DNA from: Barthelona sp. PCE | Lineage: Eukaryota | NCBI GenBank assembly: GCA_040285745.1 | Contig: JAUFOR010000006.1 | Coordinates: 62,001-126,000 of the forward strand | DNA length: 64,000 bases | Direction: 5' to 3' | Part shown: in pieces, positions 1 to 8,773 of the stretch | Layout of the letters: every line of letters begins with the position of its first letter | Numbering within the stretch: the first letter of the stretch is position 1 | The notes under the pieces: model-generated | What the model was told of the DNA's origin: nothing | The model's database searches: none | Seen by the model: only the letters and a program-made list of their open reading frames with translations | Made by a program: the position numbers and the translations under genes

Positions 1-994
1 ACACAGATACGTATTCCCTCACGACATCAACCTCGTCAATCCACGTTGTTTCTTCATCCAGCGCAATACCCCTGTTTCCACGGTGTAGCTCTCTGATTAA
101 CGATTCGTTTGAGCTGGAATTGTTAAGGAGCGACCCAATTTGCCGCCAGAAGCCTGCTTTAACGCGTGCCTCGACGCCACACTCGACTGTCCACGTATCA
201 CAATCGATCAAAACATCAAAAAGATGCTTTTCTCTAAGCAAAACAATGGAGCTCGTTCCTGCTACATATGCAGAGTGGTTTTCAAAAGGAAACTCAAGAG
301 TTACAAGCGGAAGCACCTCCTGGGTTACACGGAACGGGTATGTGAGGTAAGAAATTGCAATGGCAACCATGCTTGCTAGTGTCGGATTACTGGAATAGAT
401 GAGAAAACGGTCTCCTCTCAGCAGCGCGCCAGCAAGATATGGTAAGTATTTGATGCATGGTTGCAGGACCAGCAGGGAAGTGCAGCACTGACGGTATCTA
501 TAAGTTATTGGGACGTTTAGATTGAAACTGTGTTGCAAGATGTTCACTGTTAGACTATTAGAGCAGAAAGCGCGGTTAATCTGCTGGTATAGGATGCTGC
601 AGATGGTAAGCTGTTGTGTTTCAAGATAGAAAAATAGTGCAGATTCCACTATTGGCTCCAACATCGAGTATAGAGGGAAGCTTGACAGTACAATGAATGC
701 CGCTTGGCGTGCACCGCGCTTGTATTTAGGGTTTCTGAGACAACCATAGACACCAAGACCATAGAAATCAAAGTATCCAAATGATTGTGGAATGCGGAAG
801 TGGACCGTTAGGGACTCATGCGCGTGTGCCCCATCGGGCAATGCAATACTTGCCATTAGCTCATTTATGCGTTTCTCGTCGGCACCGAGTTTAAGTGCTG
901 GCCATTTGTGTATAATCGTGGGGCCGACGTCAAGGTCAAAAGACGCGACGGCGACCATCGGGAAAGGGACTGGATGTTTGATCCCGACGCTCAT
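1..994 (-). CDS. AVL9/Afi1-like DENN-superfamily protein, 3' end runs off the window (absent from the ORF track)
   Basis: Manual minus-strand translation from ATG 994 stays open to base 1: MSVGIKHPVPFPMVAVASFDLDVGPTIIHKWP...SIALPDGAHAH...KRGARQAAFIVLSSFPLYSMLEPIVESALFFYL. The FDxDxGP, LPDGAH and RG..Q.A.V.LS..P motifs resemble uDENN/AVL9/Afi1 proteins. Confidence 0.7.
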   Translation of the reverse strand, partial: MSVGIKHPVPFPMVAVASFDLDVGPTIIHKWPALKLGADEKRINELMASIALPDGAHAHESLTVHFRIPQSFGYFDFYGLGVYGCLRNPKYKRGARQAAFIVLSSFPLYSMLEPIVESALFFYLETQQLTICSILYQQINRAFCSNSLTVNILQHSFNLNVPITYRYRQCCTSLLVLQPCIKYLPYLAGALLRGDRFLIYSSNPTLASMVAIAISYLTYPFRVTQEVLPLVTLEFPFENHSAYVAGTSSIVLLREKHLFDVLIDCDTWTVECGVEARVKAGFWRQIGSLLNNSSSNESLIRELHRGNRGIALDEETTWIDEVDVVREYVSV

Positions 995-1014
995 AAAGAG
1001 AAAAGGAAAAATAT

Positions 1015-1069
1015 TAGACATGGAGCAAGCAGACTGTACACTAGGGGGGTGGAAAGGTTAATGGCATGA
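1015..1069 (+). repeat. Left terminal inverted repeat of the hAT element
   Basis: TAGACATGGAGCAAGCAGACTGTACACTAGGGGGGTGGAAAGGTTAATGGCATGA matches the reverse complement of 5195-5249 at 52/55 positions. Confidence 0.95.
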
Positions 1070-1316
1070 GGAGACGGATCCAAGCTATTAACGTTGTCAT
1101 TGTAAAAGCATAAAAAGAAAAAAAATTGGCAGTAGTTGTTGGTCTGCAGTTGTTCCGTTTTCTACTACCGCAATTTTCCAGTACAAATTTACAAACATAT
1201 CGCAATATTAGAGTGCTCAGAAATACATGTGAAAGCTTTCATGTACCTTGTGAACCAGATACCCTACAATAAATCCACAAAAATGTTTCTCCATCATAAA
1301 AATGAAAAAATTGAAA

Positions 1317-4300
1317 TTAGATAGTCTTCACTATTTCTTTCAGTTCATCATACGTAATCCTTGGGGCTGCAGAAGCTTCATTTAATAAAAACCAATTAAA
1401 ACGTATACGAGTTGATAATTTGGTTTGATTCTTGGAATGCAGTCTTTTTAACATAGAAAATTCACGCTCAACTCCAGAATTGCTGGCAGATGCACTGCTG
1501 TGTTGTCTAATTATAGCTCGGAAACCGGGTAAACCCTTCACAGATTCGTGGGTGTGGCCATGAACAAGTGCTGCACGAACATCTCTTTCTCTAATACCTG
1601 TATCATTGAAATCGAACTCATCGGCCACCCTTTGAGCACTTAAAGGGGGCTCACGCACACTTTGGGCACTTGGAGATAGTTCACTCTCCATACGATTGGA
1701 AGAACGGCGACTAGGACTGAGAAAGCCTGTCGATAATGGTAATACAATTGTTTGGGGTTCCACTTCTGGTGTATAGCGCATTACGACCTTCTTTCGATCT
1801 TCATTGGATGGTGAAAAGTCTAAATAGTAATTGGTACAAAGAATCGAAATTATATACCCCACTAACCCTCTATACAACAAAGGATCATTAAAATCTTTTG
1901 CCATATTAACATAAACGTGATCACTAATAAGATGTAATGCGGGACATTCACTTCCACAGCGCTTGAACTTGGTGGGTAAAAATGAAAAAACCATCATACC
2001 TTTTAGTCTTACAAGTTCCCTGTCTGTAACCTTAACTAAACCTCCTCTGTTAATATTGGGTATCTTTGCATCAACATACAGTTGGTATAATTCTTCCTTC
2101 AAACAACTCTTTCTGGGTTTATCATTTGTGATATCTTTAACCTCCTTATTATGATCCTGGAGCTCAACAGTGCTTAAATCTGAGAGAAGAAAAGCCACTA
2201 AAGGTTCGGGCATGATGAGGAATTTGCAAAAATAATGACGAACATACTCAAAAAGACCATCATGGTATATTGCAGCAAGGCTTGCTTCATTTTCTATCCT
2301 TAAATCTGAGCGCCACTTTCGCAATTCAAGTAAAAGTATGGAAACTTGGAAATATGATTGTAAAACTGAAAAATCATTCTTACTGCTCATACGTTGAATA
2401 AAGATCATACGAGAATAAGTAGAAAAATAATTCCTTGCCAATACCCACATATCAGGGCCCAGAGAAAATCCATGAGGCTGCTTATTCCCATCCTTCATGG
2501 CCTCATAAAAAGGAGAAAGAAAATGCCGATAATGATCCTCGTCACAAACAGTATTATTGCTCTTTAACATCCGCTTAATCGCCAAATCCTTAACTTCGTG
2601 GTACTTCAGATTAAGAAACTTTTCAGTGATATCAAAATGAGACATTGTTATTGCAAAATCATCAGGAATTGTTTCTGTTCCCTCAGGTAAAAATAGTATC
2701 TTTGGGATGTCCATGTACAGTCCACCACACAATACATCATAAATCCATTCCAGTGTATCCCAACGAACATTCGAAAGAGATATGGATCTTCCCGTTACTT
2801 CACACCAGACTGCATGGTATTTATAAAACACACGCATAGTATCAACTGTTAACAGCGTCTGTATCTTTGCAAAATTGGCGAGAGATTTCTGCTGATCATC
2901 CAACATTTTTGCATATTTCTCTAAAGAAATCATGGCAAGATGATCAATGAATTCAGTATAATGCTCAAGTACATTGAAACGATAGGCATCATTTGAAAGA
3001 GAGTTACTTAAGGTCAAATCAACGCCTAACAGGCAAGCATTGCGCTGACTTAACAAGTTTTCAAGGTGTTGACATTCGTGAAATGATGTATATGCAAAGG
3101 TAAACATGAGCTTATCGTCAGAAATCAAACCACCTTCAACCACATCACTGTCAGAATGAACAAATGACTCGATCCATTCTTCTGTTAAATTGTTGATAGT
3201 TGCACCAGAAATATCATCTGTAACACTCTCATTCTCTGCTGCAGGTTCAGAAAGTGCAAAGATTGGATGAGTTTCATGGAGAGAAACAACGCTGTTAAGT
3301 CGAGCAGCAGCAGAACGTGAAATGGTACGGTTGGTGAATAAATTTGATAAATCTAGCTTCTTAAACAACGCTTCAACAAATGGATTTTGTGAAACTTGAT
3401 CGATGATATCCATAGTGACGGTTTCATTGGAGACTCTCAACGAATTAAAACTATCAAAATAAGGAGGACTGTAGGATTGATGCTGAATATGACTAGGAAA
3501 GAACTCAAACCCACTGGTTTTTGCCATAATCTTATTCAAAACATGACAAATACAAGGAACTCGTGATATTGACGAGCATGCATCACATATCTTTTGAAAG
3601 GCGAGCTGTTCTGGCGTGCCATTATCAGTTCCAACAACAATCTTAACTTCAGAATCACCCATGTCAATAATAACATCTTCTAAGCACCAGCGATCCCTGT
3701 TTTTCCTCTCGATGATTGAATATGACTGGATGATTTTGTATTTTTTAAGCCGAGACAAAAACTGTTCGCACAGATCCTGAGCACGCTTGTATTTCGCACC
3801 CTTGTCGGTTTCAGGTACTTCAAAATTACGCACAGTGAAATCTGGGTAATCAAGAGGATTAATGACAACTTCAGTTGCGTGGGAAACAGTGAACTTGGTT
3901 GTAAATACATCAAAGATGATAAACTTACCTTTTAAAGAATCCAAATATTGCTCTAGTGTGATTATTAGATGATCTTTTGTGTACATTTTCGTAGAGCTCT
4001 CCAAAAATGGATGCTCGACCCAAACAAGTTCCAGATCGGTTGGTACCTTCAACATAATAAGTGCAGCACTGTATCCATCGCTTGACAGATCAAATTCCAT
4101 AAAAAGAGTTACGTTTTCTGAATTGTTTGCTGCTTGAACATAAGCAGAGTTAAAAATGGTTTCCAGAATGTAAGGGTGTACAACCTCACCGTAATATGTT
4201 GTGTAATCCCTGAAAGCCCTCTCAGAACCTGGACTGTATTCAGATCTAATGTTTTTCAAACTTTTATCCATCACTAAAAATACAAATGGCAAAGCAAAGC

Positions 4301-5072
4301 CCCTAGCATCGTTAACTCTAGCAAGTGATACCTTCATCTTAGTGATTTGATGTTCTTGAAGTGTTAATTGTTGGAAACGAAGTGGAAATATTGAATCCTG
4401 GATTATTCCAATGTCTGTACAAGTCCACTCACACGTGTCCTTGTTATAATGAATATTTCCTTGACATTTGGTGTTAGCATTATCAGTCACATACTTTAAA
4501 CTACGTTCTGTTATAAAACTGCGTTTTGATGGAGTCGTAATATACACATCATTCAACATTTTTGCCAGTTCAGCGTCCGTAATCCTGATATTACTTGCTC
4601 GAATCATGCGTATAAAATCATCCTTTTCGAACTCAGGTTTTATCCAATTGTTCTTCAAAGCACTCCAGATGATCTTGATATGTTCATCGTTGAGTATCCT
4701 GCGAAGATAGTGTTTACCTGTGAAGATACACAAGCCAATTACATGACAAGAAGCTTTTGAAACCATATCACGTGATATAGGAGCCAGTCTTGGCCCCTTA
4801 ATATTGTTATAAGTAGCTAAAAGCTCTTCGTGAGTTAATATCGCGTACTTATAAGCATTAAAATCATTAGAGTTTGGTAGAACACAGTTTTGTATTTCCA
4901 AACAGCCTACTTCACGGTAATCTGAACGTAAGCCACCTTCAAGACACACATTAGAGTATAAGTGAACACGGACATGATAACTTTCATTATTTTGTTCTTT
5001 TGGATCACTTAGTCTTATTTTATCCATTGGAATACTCACATTGAACGATTGAAAAGTACCTTCTTTGGACAT
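1317..5072 (-). CDS. hAT-family DDE transposase (1251 aa)
   Basis: hAT motifs in the expected order: FD (MEFDLSSD), TDNG, CxxH (PCICHVLN), RW (VRWDT), and C-terminal SASNSGVEREFS...R dimerisation motif. Enclosed by TIRs. Confidence 0.88.
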   Translation of the reverse strand: MSKEGTFQSFNVSIPMDKIRLSDPKEQNNESYHVRVHLYSNVCLEGGLRSDYREVGCLEIQNCVLPNSNDFNAYKYAILTHEELLATYNNIKGPRLAPISRDMVSKASCHVIGLCIFTGKHYLRRILNDEHIKIIWSALKNNWIKPEFEKDDFIRMIRASNIRITDAELAKMLNDVYITTPSKRSFITERSLKYVTDNANTKCQGNIHYNKDTCEWTCTDIGIIQDSIFPLRFQQLTLQEHQITKMKVSLARVNDARGFALPFVFLVMDKSLKNIRSEYSPGSERAFRDYTTYYGEVVHPYILETIFNSAYVQAANNSENVTLFMEFDLSSDGYSAALIMLKVPTDLELVWVEHPFLESSTKMYTKDHLIITLEQYLDSLKGKFIIFDVFTTKFTVSHATEVVINPLDYPDFTVRNFEVPETDKGAKYKRAQDLCEQFLSRLKKYKIIQSYSIIERKNRDRWCLEDVIIDMGDSEVKIVVGTDNGTPEQLAFQKICDACSSISRVPCICHVLNKIMAKTSGFEFFPSHIQHQSYSPPYFDSFNSLRVSNETVTMDIIDQVSQNPFVEALFKKLDLSNLFTNRTISRSAAARLNSVVSLHETHPIFALSEPAAENESVTDDISGATINNLTEEWIESFVHSDSDVVEGGLISDDKLMFTFAYTSFHECQHLENLLSQRNACLLGVDLTLSNSLSNDAYRFNVLEHYTEFIDHLAMISLEKYAKMLDDQQKSLANFAKIQTLLTVDTMRVFYKYHAVWCEVTGRSISLSNVRWDTLEWIYDVLCGGLYMDIPKILFLPEGTETIPDDFAITMSHFDITEKFLNLKYHEVKDLAIKRMLKSNNTVCDEDHYRHFLSPFYEAMKDGNKQPHGFSLGPDMWVLARNYFSTYSRMIFIQRMSSKNDFSVLQSYFQVSILLLELRKWRSDLRIENEASLAAIYHDGLFEYVRHYFCKFLIMPEPLVAFLLSDLSTVELQDHNKEVKDITNDKPRKSCLKEELYQLYVDAKIPNINRGGLVKVTDRELVRLKGMMVFSFLPTKFKRCGSECPALHLISDHVYVNMAKDFNDPLLYRGLVGYIISILCTNYYLDFSPSNEDRKKVVMRYTPEVEPQTIVLPLSTGFLSPSRRSSNRMESELSPSAQSVREPPLSAQRVADEFDFNDTGIRERDVRAALVHGHTHESVKGLPGFRAIIRQHSSASASNSGVEREFSMLKRLHSKNQTKLSTRIRFNWFLLNEASAAPRITYDELKEIVKTI

Positions 5073-5194
5073 TAAAAAGATATCGTTGAGACTACCTGTG
5101 AAAAAAGTAAAAAATTGAGATATGCGCTACTAGATTCCACAAGATCTCTTTGTTTGTTATAGTTTTTACAATACCCACAGTGTGGGGTGGTTGA

Positions 5195-5249
5195 TCATAC
5201 CATTAACCTTTCCACCCCCCTAGTGTGAAGTCTGCTTGCTCCATGTCTA
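5195..5249 (-). repeat. Right terminal inverted repeat of the hAT element
   Basis: Reverse complement of 1015-1069; followed immediately by TSD AAAAATAT. Confidence 0.95.
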
Positions 5250-5305
5250 AAAAATATTCAACAAACGGCTTCTTTTTATTCGTTCTGGATGAATGGGCTT
5301 AGGTC

Positions 5306-5944
5306 CTACTTGTGTGACTTGATTCTGTCAAGCTGAGATGTCAAAGTCCTAGTTTGACTGTCCAACCATTGAATAGATTGAACCTGATGGTTGATAATGC
5401 TCTGTATGTGTACCAGATCGCTTGAGAGATTATTGTTACTCGTGGAGTTTGTCTCAGCCACCTTGTCAGCAAGTCTTCTGTACTTATCTTCAAGATTTTC
5501 AGTAAAAACATCAAGTTCTTGTACACGACGTAGCATTTCCTGTCTGTCGCGTACAACGTTGCCGCTGGGCTTTGAGGTGTTCTCTGCCTCCTTTTTCTCA
5601 AGAGATGCCTCAACATCGTTAAGAATTGTATCAAGTTCAGTTTGTCTCTTCTCCAAAAGGCTTAATTGATTTGAAACTTCATTTTGTGTGGTGGAGAGGC
5701 GCTCCCACGTGTCCTTGAGTGAGTCAATGCGCTTTTGATTAGAGCGAATTTCGCTTTCCCAATGAACAACACGCTGAGCTTCCTTCTGGAATGCAATGGA
5801 CTGTCCATGCAAGGACTCGCACCATTCGTTAATTAATTCTCCGATAGTGCGATCAGCGAGTTCTTCAACTGGTGTAGGTGTGATTTCAGGTTCTTTAGAG
5901 CTTAGTTTTTTCTTTCCAAGGCCCGACTTCAGTTTTAAAGGCAT
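5306..5944 (-). CDS. Nup62/Nsp1 C-terminal coiled-coil protein without FG repeats
   Basis: TIGELINEWCESLHGQSIAFQKEAQRVVHWE...NQKRI and ...IQSIINHQVQSIQWLD match the Nsp1_C pattern. Confidence 0.75.
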   Translation of the reverse strand: MPLKLKSGLGKKKLSSKEPEITPTPVEELADRTIGELINEWCESLHGQSIAFQKEAQRVVHWESEIRSNQKRIDSLKDTWERLSTTQNEVSNQLSLLEKRQTELDTILNDVEASLEKKEAENTSKPSGNVVRDRQEMLRRVQELDVFTENLEDKYRRLADKVAETNSTSNNNLSSDLVHIQSIINHQVQSIQWLDSQTRTLTSQLDRIKSHK

Positions 5945-6158
5945 TGTGTGATATGTTTTTGTGATAAAGTGAAGAAAGGGAGATGAATTCAGTTATCCAA
6001 GCTTTGAATTTTATTTTTTCTTTCTTTTGGGTCTATATCACAGCAATCCACCACATAAACGAATGTTAACAGGTCAATATTGTGGAAACATGGATGTGCT
6101 ATTGGATCCTTGTTTTTCTTTTCTTTACTTGTTTTCTTGTTGGTGTTTCTTATAAAGC

Positions 6159-8558
6159 ATGGGCAAGCATCCTTTTTCACACATAAATGGCGATACGCGC
6201 ATTGTTTCAGATTTGCATTTGGCGCATTCAAAAATATTGGATTTTAGCCCTGAAAGGGTTGCATACATGGAAGAAAATGGGATCGACACATGGGATGAAG
6301 CCGCTTTGCAACTGTGGAATAATTCCGTTGGCGAGAATGACACAGTTCTTGATCTTGGTGATCTGGTATGGGGCTCAAAGGCATTTGAAACCATAAAACA
6401 TATGCAGGGGAAGCACAAGTTCCTCATCCGTGGCAACCATGATGGTGGAAGCTATGCAAAGTATAGCCGCGTTGGATTCGAGCTTGTGACAGGTGTTAAT
6501 CTGTTTATCAATGGTCATGCATTCAAGTGCAATGAAGGAGAGATCCCAAAACACTGCCACTGTCTTATTTTGGATATTGAAGGTAAACGAGTGCTTTTTT
6601 CACACTTTTTGTGCTTCAATCCACCTCATTTTGATCTGCAGAAATTCCAGCCTGAGATTTTATTTTTAGAGCAGCTTTACAAAGACATGGAGTGCGACGT
6701 GCTCATTCACGGTCACGTACATGAATGGGGCCAGTATTTACCCAATACGAGATGTGTATGTGTTAGCCACTTTGCATTGGAGCATGGTCGCTTCCCAACC
6801 ATCAGAGAGGTCCTCAGTGACGATTACCAGGTCCAAGACAAGTATGTTGATGTTCCAGAACAAGAAATTGTGGAGAAGAAGAAAGAAGCCAAAGAAGAGG
6901 CAGTAACAGACATGGATGACCAAATCAACGTAATTTTGAACGAACGTACTATAGAAGACGAGGTTTTACGTGACTTGTGGGAGAAAACACAAGTTAATTT
7001 GGCAAAGAAAGCGGAGCAAATCATCCAACATAATCAGCATGTTGCTACTGTTCATTCAATGTATCAAGAGAAGCTAAACACGTCACGTGGCGAGATATTG
7101 CAGTACGAGGAGGAGAATGCGTTGTTGAGAACAGAGAATAATAAGCTTCAGCAATCTATCAAAGGTTTTGATGATTTGGTCGGAAAGTTACAGGAGAAAG
7201 CGGCGGATGCGATGGGAGAGCTCACCAATCGCAAAGAGAAGGAGTCTATGTTGACTGATGAGGTTTTGGAGCTGCGTGCAAGACTTCAAGAAACTTCCAC
7301 GAGCAAGACTGACCTTAAAATGACATTAAGCACTGAGCGCGAGCAGCTGCAGCGTCTTCGTGGCGAAAAGGATGGTGTTATCAGTGGGTTAACAGAGAGA
7401 ATCTTTAAGGAGAAGGAAGAGGTGAGGAATCTCAGGGATCATGCAGAAACAGTACAAAACAAGCTTGATGATGCACATACAAGACGATCTTCACTTGAAA
7501 AGGACGTAAAGGATCTGAGAATTCGATCGATGGAGTTGGAGTCGCAGGTTGAAGAATTGTCTCATGAATGTGATATGTTGCGTGACGAAAATGCAGCACA
7601 ATTATCCACAATCAGCTCTTATCGTGCATTGGAGGACAAGGCAACTATTGTACGTCGCAAGAGGAAGGAAAAGTGCGCACGTTTGGAGCAAGCTGCAGTT
7701 GAGTTGCAGTTGGAAAATGATAGGCTTCTTGCAATACTGGCAACAGTTCCCGCGTTCCGTAAACAGATGGATGACTCATCATTAAGATTGGTTGTACCAA
7801 AACTGCATGGTAAACGCGTTGCTTCACTCCGGAACGTTCTAGATATGCCTAACCCTGAAGAACCATCCCGTGAGATGCTCTTTTGGGTACCAAACGAAGT
7901 ATTTGTGGAAGCTCGAAGATTTCAAACTGAGCATTTTCCACCTAGCACACCAGTTCACTTTTTGAACCCATTATTGCTCAAGATCAACAGGATTTGGCGT
8001 GAGAAAACCGACCGCCGAATTGCAACCAATAAGACAACGACAGTGAGGAGGAGACGTTCTGAAGAGTTGCCAAAACCATCACTGCAAATAGGTGCAGTGT
8101 GTGATACCATTAATTTACGTAATCGTCTACTACAGTATAATTCTATGCCTGCTGCTGAGAAGCAAAAGCTTGTCATCGATGCTGTAGTGACAGCTTCTCA
8201 TCATAAAACACAGGCGACTAGAAGCACAGTGATAGACATGCCAGATATAACAGTGCTGAAGAAGCAGGCGTATTTGCAGGGTGTGAGGCTCATGGGTGAA
8301 TATGCTGGAGCGTTTTCAGAGAAGTTAGGCCAGCAAATAACGAATTTGAGTGGTACATTTATTGAGGAGATGCATAGATTGCGACTTCCTGTTGCTGCAA
8401 CGTCAATGTCTCAAGAATTCGTCAGCGAGCTTATATTAGCAAGTCGTAAGGAACGAGAAAAGGTTCGTAGCTCATTTATAGAGGCGTTACAAAGTGGTCA
8501 GTATGCAGCACAGCAGCATTCGATTTCTGATGACGAGTTTGATTCAGACACGGACTAA
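6159..8558 (+). CDS. Calcineurin-like metallophosphoesterase fused to a long coiled-coil region
   Basis: SDLH, LGDL, GNHD, FSH and HGHVH metal-binding motifs in the first ~220 aa, then heptad-rich E/K/L coiled coil. Confidence 0.8.
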   Translation: MGKHPFSHINGDTRIVSDLHLAHSKILDFSPERVAYMEENGIDTWDEAALQLWNNSVGENDTVLDLGDLVWGSKAFETIKHMQGKHKFLIRGNHDGGSYAKYSRVGFELVTGVNLFINGHAFKCNEGEIPKHCHCLILDIEGKRVLFSHFLCFNPPHFDLQKFQPEILFLEQLYKDMECDVLIHGHVHEWGQYLPNTRCVCVSHFALEHGRFPTIREVLSDDYQVQDKYVDVPEQEIVEKKKEAKEEAVTDMDDQINVILNERTIEDEVLRDLWEKTQVNLAKKAEQIIQHNQHVATVHSMYQEKLNTSRGEILQYEEENALLRTENNKLQQSIKGFDDLVGKLQEKAADAMGELTNRKEKESMLTDEVLELRARLQETSTSKTDLKMTLSTEREQLQRLRGEKDGVISGLTERIFKEKEEVRNLRDHAETVQNKLDDAHTRRSSLEKDVKDLRIRSMELESQVEELSHECDMLRDENAAQLSTISSYRALEDKATIVRRKRKEKCARLEQAAVELQLENDRLLAILATVPAFRKQMDDSSLRLVVPKLHGKRVASLRNVLDMPNPEEPSREMLFWVPNEVFVEARRFQTEHFPPSTPVHFLNPLLLKINRIWREKTDRRIATNKTTTVRRRRSEELPKPSLQIGAVCDTINLRNRLLQYNSMPAAEKQKLVIDAVVTASHHKTQATRSTVIDMPDITVLKKQAYLQGVRLMGEYAGAFSEKLGQQITNLSGTFIEEMHRLRLPVAATSMSQEFVSELILASRKEREKVRSSFIEALQSGQYAAQQHSISDDEFDSDTD

Positions 8559-8773
8559 TAGCTCGATACAGAAATATATATGAGCAAACACAACACCAGT
8601 AAAAAGAATTCATGGAAAAGTTTTTCTGGCGGCATTTTGTATTTTATATTTTATATACTTACTTGCTGTAGTAGTGCAATTGTGGAGAAATTCTTCGACA
8701 TTAAACATAATAATTATAGCTATTGTGTTATCACATTTAATACCGTTTTTTTTGCTTTTTGCAAGATGACTTA

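Larger units (their letters stand above)
1015..5249 (-). mobile_element. Complete autonomous hAT DNA transposon
   Basis: 55-bp TIRs starting TAG (1015-1069 and 5195-5249, 3 mismatches), perfect 8-bp TSD AAAAATAT (1007-1014 and 5250-5257), single internal transposase ORF. Confidence 0.93.

Noticed and set aside
120-1061. Short plus-strand ORFs at 120, 140 and 792
   Set aside because: They are antisense shadows of the minus-strand AVL9-like gene or run into the TIR.
5073-5203. Possible ATG|GTATGA...TTTTCACAG intron extending the transposase 5' end
   Set aside because: The join is out of frame with the transposase and lacks the fused branch motif. A 5' UTR intron cannot be excluded.
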